From assembly GCA_965220505.1 (NCBI GenBank), contig CBDCQE010000003.1, forward strand, positions 890,106-954,105: a stretch of 64,000 nucleotides of DNA, given 5' to 3'. Source of the DNA: Dehalococcoidia bacterium (lineage in GTDB: Bacteria; Chloroflexota; Dehalococcoidia; Lucifugimonadales; UBA3495). Under the pieces are notes generated by a model. It saw only the letters and a list, made by a program, of their open reading frames with translations, did no database searches and was not told the origin of the DNA. Below, one piece after another: positions 44,133-54,842 of this stretch. The position numbers were made by a program, and so were the translations under genes. Each line of letters begins with the position of its first letter. The first letter of the stretch is position 1.

Positions 44133-44795
44133 TCAGCGGCGATCCCGAAACATTTGCATCTCAGTCGCAACGGCGTCTTCGGGCAAGGGGGCGGCGGCTC
44201 GTGGGCCGAAGTTGCGGGCCAGCACGAAGATCTGCGCCAGCCGCTCCACTAGGTCGCAGACTTCCAGCGCTTCCCAGATGTCCGGCCCGACGCCAACGGC
44301 GCCGTGGTTGCGCAGCAGGGCGGCGTTCCGGTCGCCCAGCGCGGCGTAGGCCTGCTCGGCCAGTTCCTGCGTTCCGGGAAAGGCGTACTTGCTGACCTTG
44401 ATCGGACCGCCGATGGTCATCAGCATTTCGTCGATCAACGGCGGAATGTCCCGCCCGATGACCGCGGCCACCGAAGCGTAAATGGAGTGAGTGTGCGCCA
44501 CCGCCTGCACATCGGCCCGCTGGCGATAAATCTCGAGGTGCAACCGAGTCTCCGAGGACGGCGGCATGGGTGCCGGAGACACCGGCTCGCCATCCAGGTT
44601 CACCACCACCAGTTCATCCGGCTTCAGCCGGTAGTAGGGATGATGCGTGGGGGTTACCAGCAGCAGGCTATCATCCCCCGAGCCCGTCAAGCGCAGACTG
44701 GTGTTCCCGGAATATGCGCCCACCAGGCCGCGCCGGTACATCTCGCGGGTGGCCTCGGTGAGGGTGGCGCGCTGTTCAGCCCATTGGTCGGACAC
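44133..44795 (-). CDS. class II aldolase/adducin family protein (MtnB/FucA-like)
   Basis: GTG 44795 with a GGGGAGGA RBS, overlapping the hpnE stop by 20 nt. Motifs GNTSLR and HTHS. Confidence 0.75.
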   Translation of the reverse strand: MSDQWAEQRATLTEATREMYRRGLVGAYSGNTSLRLTGSGDDSLLLVTPTHHPYYRLKPDELVVVNLDGEPVSPAPMPPSSETRLHLEIYRQRADVQAVAHTHSIYASVAAVIGRDIPPLIDEMLMTIGGPIKVSKYAFPGTQELAEQAYAALGDRNAALLRNHGAVGVGPDIWEALEVCDLVERLAQIFVLARNFGPRAAAPLPEDAVATEMQMFRDRR

Positions 44796-46215
44796 TATTT
44801 TCCTCCCCGGTGACTGCGGCGGAGCCGAAACGCGACATAACCGCTGCAGCGGCATTATATCCGCTGATGATTGCCCCCTCCATAGTCGAAGGCCATCCCG
44901 TGTCCGTCCATTCCCCCGCCAAAAAGAGATTGGGCGAAGCAGTGACCGGACCAGGCCGGAGGCGCTGCGCCCCGGGAGTGCACCGGAAAGTGGCGTTTCG
45001 CTGTTTCACTACAGTCGACTTCAGCAGCTGTGCATCACGGGCTTTGGGGAACGCGGCGCGCATCTCTTTGGCGATGCTGTTCATCAGGTCCGGTCTCGGC
45101 AGGTCGATGTGTTCCCAGGCTGCGCTGATGGACACCGTCAACGACTGGCCACCGTGCGACCAGTTACCGCCTCGGATTAGCGAATCGTTGAAAACCCATT
45201 GCAAGGGGTTGTCGAGAAAGTAGCAGAACTCCCCTGCCATCACCGGTCGGTCGTATTCCAGATGGACGTTGACGATGGGCGAGGATTGCAAGCCGGTCAA
45301 CGAGTTGAAGGGCTCTTTTTCCGCCAGATGGCCCGGGATCAGGCTGGGCAGGATCCAGAACGGCACCGTGCTCACGTAGGCATTGGCTGCGAACACCTGG
45401 TGGTTCCCCGCCGCGACGCGCTGCACGGATCCGTTGGTATCAGCCTCGATGGCGCGAGCCGGACAACCGAGCAGCGTGCGCACGCCCAGCTTGTGCAGGT
45501 AGGCTTCGCTGGGCACGCCCAGAGCCTGTGCCAGGGACGCCTTGGGATACCCGAGGTTGATCTCGCGTCTGCCCCGCAACAAGCCGTCCTGGGTGATCAT
45601 CAATCCCATCGCCGCGCTGACGTCCCGGATGTTGTCGTTGAGAGTTCCCTCGATGATCACGTTCCAAAGGTTGTAGATGCACCGTTCGGACTGGCCGTGG
45701 GCTCTCAGCCAGTCGTAAAACGAGGTTGTTTCCATTTCAGGCGCGGCACGGTCGGCCCGCATCGCGGCAATCACCCCGCGGATCGCGCGTAACTTGTCAC
45801 CCAGGCTCAGGTGGCGATAGGTGACGAAAGCCGCCAGCAGGTGGGCTGGGGCGGGGCCGCCGAGGCCGCAGAGTTTGCCCCCGCGCCCGGCGCGGTCATA
45901 GACATCGACGTTCAGCCTGGGCTGCAAATGCCACCGGTCGCTGACCCCGATACGCTCCAGGAACTCGATGAGGTTGCGACAGGCGCCCACGAACACGTGC
46001 TGCCCGTTGTCCAACTCCCGCTCGCTCTCCGGGTCGACAAACGAGAAAGCTCGACCTCCCAGGGAGTTGCGAGCCTCGAGCAGCGTAACCCGCCAACCGG
46101 ACTCGGCGAGCCTGGCAGCCGTGGCGATGCCCGCCAGTCCGCCGCCAATCACCAGCGCCGACGGCTGGGCATCGCCGCGGCTATCGGTCACTTCATCAAG
46201 GGGCCCGTGAGCCAT
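44776..46215 (-). CDS. hpnE: hydroxysqualene dehydroxylase (FAD-dependent amine-oxidase family)
   Basis: VIGGGLAGIATAARL ... LLEARNSLGGRA dinucleotide-binding motif. Positioned after hpnC-hpnD. Confidence 0.85.
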   Translation of the reverse strand: MAHGPLDEVTDSRGDAQPSALVIGGGLAGIATAARLAESGWRVTLLEARNSLGGRAFSFVDPESERELDNGQHVFVGACRNLIEFLERIGVSDRWHLQPRLNVDVYDRAGRGGKLCGLGGPAPAHLLAAFVTYRHLSLGDKLRAIRGVIAAMRADRAAPEMETTSFYDWLRAHGQSERCIYNLWNVIIEGTLNDNIRDVSAAMGLMITQDGLLRGRREINLGYPKASLAQALGVPSEAYLHKLGVRTLLGCPARAIEADTNGSVQRVAAGNHQVFAANAYVSTVPFWILPSLIPGHLAEKEPFNSLTGLQSSPIVNVHLEYDRPVMAGEFCYFLDNPLQWVFNDSLIRGGNWSHGGQSLTVSISAAWEHIDLPRPDLMNSIAKEMRAAFPKARDAQLLKSTVVKQRNATFRCTPGAQRLRPGPVTASPNLFLAGEWTDTGWPSTMEGAIISGYNAAAAVMSRFGSAAVTGEENSVRPMG

Positions 46216-47123
46216 GCCCTGGCCATCAGCCCCAGCTTGGCGCCTTTGCTCAAGCTGATGCGCTCTTGAAACACGTCGTATCCGGCGGCTTCGATCTTGT
46301 TGAGCACTCCGCCGTAGATGAGGCCCAGGGCAGCCGGGCAGGCGCGGGATCTCGGCGAGAGGTACGGGAGCAACCGCCGGCCGCTGGCGAAGTACTCCCG
46401 GGCGCGGTCGATCTGGAATTGCATCAGGTTGGCGAAACCGTCGGTCACTGCTCGATTTTCCAAGTCCGCTTCAGTTACTCCAAACCGGTCCAGCTCGTCC
46501 TGTGGCAAATACACCCGACCGAACTCCCAGTCCTCAAGCACATCCCGGCAGATGTTGGTCAGCTGCATGGCCAACCCGAGGTCGATAGCGCCCTGGTGCG
46601 CTTCTTCGCGGCCGCGATATCCGAAAATGTGGATGCAAATCAGCCCGACCACAGAGGCTACCTGGTAACAGTAGGCGCGCAATTCTTCGAAATTAGCGTA
46701 CCTGGTCTTGACCAGGTCGGATTCCACGCCGTTCAGGACTTCCTGAAAATATTGCTCGGGGATGTTGTAGGTTGCCGCCACATCGGCTAACCCGATGAAC
46801 AGCGGCTGGTCTGCGTTGCCGGCGTAAGCCTGAGTCAATTTACGGCGCAGATGCTCGATGCGCTGCAGCTTCTCAGCGTGGTATCCTTCGGCGTCGACCG
46901 AGTCATCGCAATACCGGCAGAACGTGTATGCAACGTAGATGGCCCGCCGCTGCCGGGCCGGCAGCGTCAGGAAGGCGAAATAAAAATTGCGGGCTTCGCG
47001 CCTGGTTACCCGGCGGCATTCCTCATAGGCCGCTGCCAAAGCCTGCGGTGACGGTGAGGATGCTGTCGATAATGGGGTCGTCATGGGGCTTGCTTCAAGG
47101 TTTGGGCAATCCGTACCCGGCAC
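46188..47123 (-). CDS. hpnD: presqualene diphosphate synthase (squalene/phytoene synthase family)
   Basis: FYFAFLTLPARQRRAIYVAYTFCRYCDDSVD (DxxxD) motif. The start could be ATG 47084. Confidence 0.8.
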   Translation of the reverse strand: MPGTDCPNLEASPMTTPLSTASSPSPQALAAAYEECRRVTRREARNFYFAFLTLPARQRRAIYVAYTFCRYCDDSVDAEGYHAEKLQRIEHLRRKLTQAYAGNADQPLFIGLADVAATYNIPEQYFQEVLNGVESDLVKTRYANFEELRAYCYQVASVVGLICIHIFGYRGREEAHQGAIDLGLAMQLTNICRDVLEDWEFGRVYLPQDELDRFGVTEADLENRAVTDGFANLMQFQIDRAREYFASGRRLLPYLSPRSRACPAALGLIYGGVLNKIEAAGYDVFQERISLSKGAKLGLMARAWLTGPLMK

Positions 47124-48093
47124 CCAGCTTGTTTCCCAGCCAGGCAGACGCCAACAGCCACGCCTTCTGCCGTTTCGACAACGCGGGCCGGCGGCTCAGG
47201 ACGTCGTATCCCTGCCGGCGAATGGCGTGGAGGACGACCACGCCGCCCCGTGTGAAGAGGGCCACCGGCAATTGGGCCCGACGGTGCAGAGAATTAACCA
47301 GAGGCGCGCCTTGTTGGAACATGCTCATGGCGATTTCGCATTCGTACCGCAACAGCGCGCGGAATGCATCGGTGGCCGCGCCGTTCGCGATGTCGCCCTC
47401 GGTGACACCGAACCTCCTCATGTCGGTTTGGGGGAGATAGATCCGGCCTCGGTCCCGATAGTCACGGCTGACGTCCTGCCAGAAATTGGTGAGTTGCAGG
47501 GCGGTGCAGGTGTGGTCGGCGAGTAGTTGCCGCCGGCGATCAGCGTACCCAAACAGGTACAGGTACAGGCGTCCAACGGGGTTCGCGGAATGGCGGCAAT
47601 ACTCCACCACGTCATCGAGTGTCTCGAAACGCCCGAATCCCTGATCCATCAAGTTGGCGCGGATGAGGAGTTGGAACGGTTCCCTGGGGATGTCGAAAGA
47701 GGCGACCGTGTGCTGTACCGCGATTGATATGGGGTGCGTAGGTTGACCGGAATAAATCGCCTCCAGCTCGTCTTCCCACCACGCCAGTTGGCCACGGCGG
47801 TAGGCGGTGATCGTGTCGTCGAGTTTGCCGTTCTCAACTGCGGTTGCAACCGGTTCAGAGGGCAGGGATTCGTCGCCCAGGTCGTCCACCATCCGGCACC
47901 AGGCGTAGATTGCATAGACGTGCGGCAGTTTTTGCCTGGGCGTGATCCAGCCGCCGACGTTGAAATTCTCGTAGTGGCTGCGGGCCAGCGTTTCGCAGTA
48001 TCGGTACGCCTCGGCCAGCGTCACCGGCTCCGCGGATGCGATACTGCCGCCCCCGTCGTTGGAGGGGTTTCGCTCTTCAACTGCGGCTGACAT
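47095..48093 (-). CDS. hpnC: hydroxysqualene synthase (squalene synthase HpnC)
   Basis: SHYENFNVGG and YAWCRMVDDLGDE motifs. First gene of the hpnCDE trio. Confidence 0.8.
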   Translation of the reverse strand: MSAAVEERNPSNDGGGSIASAEPVTLAEAYRYCETLARSHYENFNVGGWITPRQKLPHVYAIYAWCRMVDDLGDESLPSEPVATAVENGKLDDTITAYRRGQLAWWEDELEAIYSGQPTHPISIAVQHTVASFDIPREPFQLLIRANLMDQGFGRFETLDDVVEYCRHSANPVGRLYLYLFGYADRRRQLLADHTCTALQLTNFWQDVSRDYRDRGRIYLPQTDMRRFGVTEGDIANGAATDAFRALLRYECEIAMSMFQQGAPLVNSLHRRAQLPVALFTRGGVVVLHAIRRQGYDVLSRRPALSKRQKAWLLASAWLGNKLGAGYGLPKP

Positions 48094-48116
48094 GTTGCTC
48101 GACGTCCGGAGGTCGC

Positions 48117-48560
48117 CTACTCGCCCACGATCTGGACCATGACCTCGCGTGGCCGCGGGTGGTCCAACTCAATGAAGAAAATACTCTGCCACTGACCGAA
48201 GGGCATCTTCCCATCGATGAGCGGGATGGTTTCGCTCGACCCCAGCATCAAATGCTGCAGGTGCGCATGACCGTTGGGAGATTCCTCCTCGGTCATGTTG
48301 ACCGTGCGGACCGAGAAATCGTTGTGCCGGTATTCCCCGAAACGGGGGCACATCTTCTCCAAAAAACGCGTCATGTCTTCAATCAATAACGGTTCGTTCT
48401 CGTTGATGATCACGGCCGCGGTGGTGTGGCGGGAGTACACCACTACGAACCCGTTGCTGACGCGGGCCTTCCCGACACAACCCTTGACCCAGTCAGTGAT
48501 ATCGATGAACTCGGGCGCGCCGGTGGTGTCGACTTTCAGGGAAAAATGTTCGGTTTTCAT
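48117..48560 (-). CDS. yjbQ: YjbQ/UPF0047 family protein (secondary thiamine-phosphate synthase-like)
   Basis: Start at ATG 48560. Motifs VVVYSRHTTAAVIINENE and NGHAHL. Confidence 0.75.
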   Translation of the reverse strand: MKTEHFSLKVDTTGAPEFIDITDWVKGCVGKARVSNGFVVVYSRHTTAAVIINENEPLLIEDMTRFLEKMCPRFGEYRHNDFSVRTVNMTEEESPNGHAHLQHLMLGSSETIPLIDGKMPFGQWQSIFFIELDHPRPREVMVQIVGE

Positions 48561-48598
48561 GAGCTGCACTCTGTAGGGGAGTGTGATGAACGGAAACC

Positions 48599-50701
48599 TT
48601 ATGTGGGATGAGTTGAGGTACGAGACTGCGGTTCGATAGGCCGAGAACCGTTGCCCCGGGGTCCGCCGAGCGGGTCTTCTTGAACCCGGCACGCCCGATA
48701 GCGAGCCAAAGCTATCAGCGGCCAGGTGTTTCGATAAAGGTGGTAGTTGATCATGAAACCCGCCGATAGCTCAGCACCCTGAAATCCGCGTTCGCCGGCC
48801 TGGGGGATTTTGTCTACTCGTTCGCCCTTCAGGTACCCCGGAAACCCGGTGCCGGTGAAATACGGCTCGTCCCAGTTGCCCCCCGCAAGTTGTGATGCCA
48901 GCAAGTATGAAACGCCACGGTGCGTGGCACGGTGGTCGCCGTATCCGGCGGCTACCAGCGCAATGATAGCCCAAGCGGTCTGGGAAGCGGTACTTGGCCC
49001 AACACCTCGTTGCGTCGAATCTATATATGACGCGCAGGATTCGCCCCAACCTCCATCAGGATTCTGATGGTCAATAAGCCACTGCACCGCTCGTCGAATG
49101 TAGGGCTGGCGCATATCTTCGCCTGTAGCCTCCAACGCCGGCAGGACCGCTCCCAAACCGTAGACATAGTTTACGCCCCAGCGGCCGAACCAACTACCAT
49201 CATCCTCTTGCTCGTGCCGGAGATAGCGATACGCCTGTTGCAGGAATGCCTGGTCGGTTTTGTACCCGAGTTTGCCGTACATTTCCAAAACATGAGCGGT
49301 TACGTCCGCGCTGGACGGGTCAAGAACCTCGCCAAAATCGCTGAACGTCAGGGCCGTGACATAACCGTGATTGTTGTCCTTGTCGAAGGATGCCCACCCA
49401 CCGTCCCTGCTCTGCATCCCCCGCACCCAGTCGAGCGCGCGAGAGATTGAATCCTGGCGCAAACGGTCCTCAGCGCCCGGCAATTTGCCAAGGCGCAGGG
49501 CGAGCACGACCTCGGCGGTATCGTCGATATCCGGATAGCAGTTGTTGTGAAATTCGAAAGCCCACCCGCCCGGTTGCAGTTGTGGCGCCTGCACCTGCCA
49601 GTCACCACCGACCAGTATCTGCTTGTCGACCAACCAACGGGTGGCCGATTCCAGCATGGGATCATTGGGAGGCAATCCGCTTTCGGCCAGCCCCTGAACG
49701 ACCAGACACGTGTCCCACACCGGTGATATGCAGCCCTGAATGGTCCAGTGGTCGCCCTTTTGGATGGAGAAACCGTCCAGGCCGGCGAATCCCCGGGACA
49801 TGGTGGGGTTCTCGTTATCGAAGCCGCACACGCTCAGGGCGATCAGGCTGTACACCCAGGGGGGCTGAATCCCGCCCCAGCTCCCGTCGTCTTCCTGATG
49901 GTCCAGGATCCAACGAATGGCTTTGCGTTCCGCGAAATTGCGCAAAGGGTTAGCCGGAATCCGATCGTAAGTCTTCCCCAGCAACCGCTCGGCCAGATGC
50001 ACCAGCCGGGGCAAATTGAACCCGGGTGGTGCGGGTATGGAATAATCGGTTGCAGACCGACCGTCGGGAAACAGTTCGTCGATGGCGTGCTCCGGCGCAA
50101 CGGGCCGAGCGGTACGGCGCGACAGCACGATGGACAAGGGAACAATGCATCCTCTTGCCCAACTGGCAAAACGGTAGATGCTCAACGGCGCCCAATCAGG
50201 CAGCAATATCATCTCAATCGGGAGGCTCGGGGTGCCGGTCCATTCCCACTGTCCGAACAAGGCCAGCCAAATGCGCGTGAACATCCGGGTCTGCGGCACC
50301 CCTCCCCGATCCAGTGCGAACTGCCGGGCGCGACTCATGTGGTCCGATTGCGGGTCTTCGCCGCACAGTTTCAGCGCGAAATAGCATTCCACAGTGGTGG
50401 ACAGATCGCCGGGAGCGCCGTAATAGATCGCCCACGATCCGTCGTCAAGCTGCTTGCTCCGGAGATAATTGACGATGTGCCGCTCGCGCTCGGGATTCCG
50501 ATGTCCCAGGAACTGGGATAGCATCACATACTCGGCTTCCATGGTGTTGTTCGATTCCAGCTCGCCCCACCAGAAGCCATCGGGGTCCTGAATCCGCCGG
50601 AAGTAGCCTTGAAGTCGCTCGATCGATGCGTCCAGCGCTTCAAGCGACGGTACTTCGATACGAGCGTCGGTCTCACTGCGGACGATTTCCTGAACAACCA
50701 T
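48599..50701 (-). CDS. shc: squalene-hopene cyclase
   Basis: DIDDTAEV (DxDDTA) catalytic motif and multiple QW repeats (DGSWxG, DGGWG). Confidence 0.95.
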   Translation of the reverse strand: MVVQEIVRSETDARIEVPSLEALDASIERLQGYFRRIQDPDGFWWGELESNNTMEAEYVMLSQFLGHRNPERERHIVNYLRSKQLDDGSWAIYYGAPGDLSTTVECYFALKLCGEDPQSDHMSRARQFALDRGGVPQTRMFTRIWLALFGQWEWTGTPSLPIEMILLPDWAPLSIYRFASWARGCIVPLSIVLSRRTARPVAPEHAIDELFPDGRSATDYSIPAPPGFNLPRLVHLAERLLGKTYDRIPANPLRNFAERKAIRWILDHQEDDGSWGGIQPPWVYSLIALSVCGFDNENPTMSRGFAGLDGFSIQKGDHWTIQGCISPVWDTCLVVQGLAESGLPPNDPMLESATRWLVDKQILVGGDWQVQAPQLQPGGWAFEFHNNCYPDIDDTAEVVLALRLGKLPGAEDRLRQDSISRALDWVRGMQSRDGGWASFDKDNNHGYVTALTFSDFGEVLDPSSADVTAHVLEMYGKLGYKTDQAFLQQAYRYLRHEQEDDGSWFGRWGVNYVYGLGAVLPALEATGEDMRQPYIRRAVQWLIDHQNPDGGWGESCASYIDSTQRGVGPSTASQTAWAIIALVAAGYGDHRATHRGVSYLLASQLAGGNWDEPYFTGTGFPGYLKGERVDKIPQAGERGFQGAELSAGFMINYHLYRNTWPLIALARYRACRVQEDPLGGPRGNGSRPIEPQSRTSTHPT

Positions 50702-50728
50702 GGTACTTGCGCCCCCAAATGTGAAACG

Positions 50729-51730
50729 CTAAAGGTAGCCGTAATCCCTGAACCAGCGGACCGCTTTTTCCAGCGCTACCTCAACCGGGCTCTGTGGCAA
50801 ACCCAGTTCCGACACCGCTTTTTCGCTGCTCACGTACATCGGGTGCTTGGTGACTTTGATCGCTTCTACCGGAACCGTTGGGGGACGGCGCAGGAGGGTG
50901 CCTTCGACGAATTCGTCGAAGTAAGCCACTCCCAGAATGGCCCAATGCGGGATGCGAAACTTAGGCGCGCGCCGTCCGGTGATCCCCGACAGGATGTCGA
51001 AAATCTCCTTCAAAGTGAGATTGCGGCACCCGAGGATGTACCGCTCCCCTGGTATGCCGCGTTCCATCGCCAGTATGTGACCTTCGGCAACGTCCGCAAC
51101 ATCGACCAAGTTCATTCCCGTTGCGATGTAGCCGGGAGTCTTGCCGCGGGCGAAGAACAAGGGAATTTGCCCGGTCGGTGTCGGTTTGACGTCCCATTCC
51201 CCTACCGGAGCGCAAGGATTGACTACCACGACCTCCATCTCGGCGTCATTGGCCGCCAAAGCGATCTGCTCGGTGGCATACTTGGACTGTTTGTAGTATC
51301 CGATAAGCAAAGCCGGTCGAGGCGGCATGTCTTCAGTGCCCAGGTGATCCGGGTCGTTCGACCCGTTTTCAGGGATGCCTATGGTGGCGACCGAGCTGGT
51401 GAAAACCACTCTTCGCACTCCGGCCCGCCGCGCAGCGTCGAGCAGGTTTACCGTCCCGACCACGTTCGAGCGGTACATTTCGCGGGGGCGGCGGGACCAG
51501 AAGGAGTAAATAGCCGCGCAGTGATACACAGTCTCGCAGCCGGCGGCAGCCCGCCGCACCGATTCGCTATCCAACAGGTCGCCGGTTACTTGCGCCACTC
51601 CCGTTTCTCGGATGGCCAGGTCGATGGCAGATGGCCTCACCAGGGCGCGGACATCCTCGCCGCGGGCCCATAACGCGCGTGCCAGGTTGCCGCCGATAAA
51701 GCCGGTGGCGCCCGTTACCAGCGTGGTCAT
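50729..51730 (-). CDS. hpnA: hopanoid-associated sugar epimerase (NAD-dependent epimerase/dehydratase)
   Basis: MTTLVTGATGFIGGNL motif. Lies between shc and hpnG. Confidence 0.8.
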   Translation of the reverse strand: MTTLVTGATGFIGGNLARALWARGEDVRALVRPSAIDLAIRETGVAQVTGDLLDSESVRRAAAGCETVYHCAAIYSFWSRRPREMYRSNVVGTVNLLDAARRAGVRRVVFTSSVATIGIPENGSNDPDHLGTEDMPPRPALLIGYYKQSKYATEQIALAANDAEMEVVVVNPCAPVGEWDVKPTPTGQIPLFFARGKTPGYIATGMNLVDVADVAEGHILAMERGIPGERYILGCRNLTLKEIFDILSGITGRRAPKFRIPHWAILGVAYFDEFVEGTLLRRPPTVPVEAIKVTKHPMYVSSEKAVSELGLPQSPVEVALEKAVRWFRDYGYL

Positions 51731-52470
51731 GGTGCCAACCCGGCCGCGCCGGATGATGGAGTGGGCAGACCATACAACGCGCCCGACACGCAGTCGGCCA
51801 GCCGAGACCGTGCGATCTGAGCCTGATGGGCAAGTCGGATCAGGCCGGGCACACTGCCTGGATGCGTCGCCATCCCGCGCAGGACATTGATAATCCCGTT
51901 TCCCATTTCACCGAGGTAGCCTGGTAGCTCATCGCCTGCGGTGTCCAGAACTGCCCGGACCGAAGCGAACGGTATCCCGTGAGCGGCGGCTACCCTCGCG
52001 GCCCAGTAGTCTTCCATGTTGACCGATAGTGATCCCGTCTCTGCGCGCAGGATGGATTTCGTTTTAACGCCCGCTATTGCCGTCACCGTTGCCGAGGGAC
52101 CGCCGACGAAGCGGGTTGCACTCCGGTCAGCCCAAGACCTGATCCGGCCGGCCAGTGTTGGATCGGCTGAGATGGGCCCCGGAAGGTCAATGGAGTGAAA
52201 TACCTCGGCGACGTGCAGGTCGCCGGTCAGCAAACCCGGGTCGGTCGCGCCGCAGAATCCGATCAACGCTATCGCCGACGGCGATTCGGCGGCCACTGCC
52301 TCTATGCCCGCTTCGGTGCTTTGCCGGCCCACGCCGACAACACGCAACATCATGCCGCTTCCGTGCGGGTCGCCGATCGCCCGGCGCACTCCGGCGAGTT
52401 CCGTGGCCATGGGTGCAACTACGGCAAGCATAGAAGTAACAAGGGCGACCAACCTGAACCGGCCGGCCAT
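51727..52470 (-). CDS. hpnG: hopanoid-associated phosphorylase/nucleosidase (PNP/MTAN family)
   Basis: PNP_UDP_1-like (LIGFCGA, MEDYWAA). 4-nt overlap with hpnA. Confidence 0.75.
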   Translation of the reverse strand: MAGRFRLVALVTSMLAVVAPMATELAGVRRAIGDPHGSGMMLRVVGVGRQSTEAGIEAVAAESPSAIALIGFCGATDPGLLTGDLHVAEVFHSIDLPGPISADPTLAGRIRSWADRSATRFVGGPSATVTAIAGVKTKSILRAETGSLSVNMEDYWAARVAAAHGIPFASVRAVLDTAGDELPGYLGEMGNGIINVLRGMATHPGSVPGLIRLAHQAQIARSRLADCVSGALYGLPTPSSGAAGLAP

Positions 52471-52536
52471 CGTTCGCGTTGTCTTTCGGAATGTCCGCCA
52501 CCTATTGTGTCGAACGGATGCAATGCCAGGGCACGT

Positions 52537-53613
52537 CTAGCCGACGCTGATCCCTCCCTTGTGGGCCGCGCCGGATTTGATGAACGTCACCCATTCCCGG
52601 GGTTTGCCAATTGCGTTGAATATCGTTGCCGATTCGAAACCGCAATGCATCATGCAGTTGTTGCAGCGAGGGTCCCTCCCCACGCCGTATTTTTCTTCCC
52701 ACAAGTGGGGTTCGTATAGTTCATCAATCTCGGTAGTGTGTTCATCGGCCAGAGGATAACAGGGTTTGCGCCAGCCCATAACCGTGTAAGTGGGATTGGA
52801 CCATGCAGTACACTGGTATTCTCGCTCCCCCCGGAGGAAGTTCAGGTACAGCGGGTTGTTATAGAACCGCATTCCCTCCATCCGGGTCGGGTCCAGCAGG
52901 TCGCGGAACACGTTCCTGGATTCCTGCCGGGTGAGGAACAGATCCTGGTCGGGAGCGTCTTCAAAGTCGTAACCGGGCGAAATCATCGACCCTTCGACGC
53001 CCAGGTCGCCGACGTAGCGGAACATCTCCCGTAAGTCCTCGACGTCGCTGTTGCGGAATACGGTGGTGTTGGTGCAGACGCGATAGCCCCGGTCCACCGC
53101 CATTTGGATGCCGTCCACCGCGCGCTTGAAAACACCGGAGCGCGCTACAGATTCGTCGTGCTTTTCCTCCATGCCGTCCATGTGGATGACCCAGCAGAAG
53201 TATTTGGACGGCGGTATTTTGTCCAGCATGCGCGGCAGCAGCAGCGCGTTGGTGCAGCAATAGACGAAGTATTTTTCGTCGACCAGCGTGTTGATGATCT
53301 CGTCGATTTTGGGATGGATCGTCGGCTCGCCGCCGGCGATGGACACGATGGGCGCCCCCGACTTGTGCACGGCGTCCAAGGCTTCTGCCACGGGCATCAT
53401 TTGGTCCAGGACGCCCCGGTATTCGCGTATCCGGCCGCACCCGATGCAGGCCAGGTTGCACATCTCCAAGGGCTCCAGCATGGTGACCAGGGGGAAACGC
53501 TTGCGGCCACGAAGCCGGTTCTTGAGGATGTACCAGCCCATGCGAACGCCCAGTTCCATCGGGCGCTTGGCCGGTTTGACAACGGTGCCTGGATCTTTAT
53601 TTGTCCGTACCAT
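52537..53613 (-). CDS. hpnH: adenosylhopane synthase, radical SAM
   Basis: CNLACIGC (CxxxCxxC) motif and a conserved C-terminal extension. Confidence 0.85.
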   Translation of the reverse strand: MVRTNKDPGTVVKPAKRPMELGVRMGWYILKNRLRGRKRFPLVTMLEPLEMCNLACIGCGRIREYRGVLDQMMPVAEALDAVHKSGAPIVSIAGGEPTIHPKIDEIINTLVDEKYFVYCCTNALLLPRMLDKIPPSKYFCWVIHMDGMEEKHDESVARSGVFKRAVDGIQMAVDRGYRVCTNTTVFRNSDVEDLREMFRYVGDLGVEGSMISPGYDFEDAPDQDLFLTRQESRNVFRDLLDPTRMEGMRFYNNPLYLNFLRGEREYQCTAWSNPTYTVMGWRKPCYPLADEHTTEIDELYEPHLWEEKYGVGRDPRCNNCMMHCGFESATIFNAIGKPREWVTFIKSGAAHKGGISVG

Positions 53614-53646
53614 GCTCGGTATCCCCGTATTTCATCGCCAGCGTGT

Positions 53647-54663
53647 TCAGAATAGACGGTAAGCCATGAAGTCAATCAGGTTTTTTGCGTCCTCGTTGGC
53701 CCAGGGCGGCAGTTCCAACATGGCCAGAGCAGCCCGCCCTTCTTCAGCGGTCGCATCAGTGAGTTCGTCGGTTTGGCGGTCGGCGCCCAGGTCATCGAGT
53801 ATGTTGAGAACGCGATTTACATCGTCCTCGTCGAGCTCCTCCTGGGAGTACAGGCGCAACAACTCTTCACGATTGACCCCTTCGGCGTACTGGAAGGCGT
53901 ATACGATGGGGTAGCTTTTTTTGCGCTGGACGATGTCGCTGTCCGTGGACTTTCCGGTAATGGCTTCGTCGCCCCAAATGCCCAGATAGTCGTCCCTGAT
54001 CTGGAACAATCGCCCGATGGCCCGGCCGAACCGCGCCACGCCTTCCAGGGTCTCCCGCTCATCCGTGGCGATGGTTGCCCCGATGACCATGCTGCTGCGG
54101 ATGAGCGCTCCGGTTTTGAGGGCGATCATGTCCAGGTATTCGTCAGATGCAATGACTTCGCGCCGCTCGAACTCCAGGTCACGGCACTGGCCTTCAATCA
54201 TTTCCAGGTAGCTTTGCGTGAGGAGTTGAGAGACGCGGATGGTGGTGTCCGGCGGCACGTTGCCGTCGATACTCAAAGTGCTCAGGTCTCCCAACGATTG
54301 CATCGCGTCGCCGGCCACCAGAGCCTGTTCCGTGCCCCAGACTGCCCACACGGTGGGCTGGTGCCTCCGTTCCAAGCCCTGGTCCTGGATGTCGTCGTGA
54401 ACCAGCGAAAAATTGTGGATGAGCTCCAGCGCGGCGGCGGCCGGGGCAGCATGGCCGGGGTCTCCCTGGAGGGCATCGCACGCGAACATGCAAAGCGTGG
54501 GACGGAGCGCCTTGCCCTGGGACGCGGGAGTAGGCGCCGGAATGCCCGTCCGGTCCGACCAACCTAAATGATACCGCAGCAACGTGTTGACCGCGTGATC
54601 TTCCAGAGGCGGTACTGCGGCCGCTAACGCGTTTTCCAAGTGTTCTCGATAACGGTCAAACAT
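53647..54663 (-). CDS. polyprenyl diphosphate synthase (FPP/GGPP synthase family)
   Basis: LVHDDIQD and RDDYLG aspartate-rich motifs. The alternative upstream ATG 54756 would add 31 aa. Confidence 0.8.
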   Translation of the reverse strand: MFDRYREHLENALAAAVPPLEDHAVNTLLRYHLGWSDRTGIPAPTPASQGKALRPTLCMFACDALQGDPGHAAPAAAALELIHNFSLVHDDIQDQGLERRHQPTVWAVWGTEQALVAGDAMQSLGDLSTLSIDGNVPPDTTIRVSQLLTQSYLEMIEGQCRDLEFERREVIASDEYLDMIALKTGALIRSSMVIGATIATDERETLEGVARFGRAIGRLFQIRDDYLGIWGDEAITGKSTDSDIVQRKKSYPIVYAFQYAEGVNREELLRLYSQEELDEDDVNRVLNILDDLGADRQTDELTDATAEEGRAALAMLELPPWANEDAKNLIDFMAYRLF

Positions 54664-54842
54664 GGCGGGCAGACTTGGCGCTTCTTTTCGCGCCCGGTCG
54701 TTGCCCGGCCGACCCAACCGGCTAGCCTCCGTGGAGGCTGTTGGTGTTGTGCCCATTGACGAAGCCTGCCGTGCGGTGAGGATGACGAGGTAGGCGCGGC
54801 GCGCGGTTTCCGGGTAGGGCCCGTCCGTTCCAACGTTGGCAA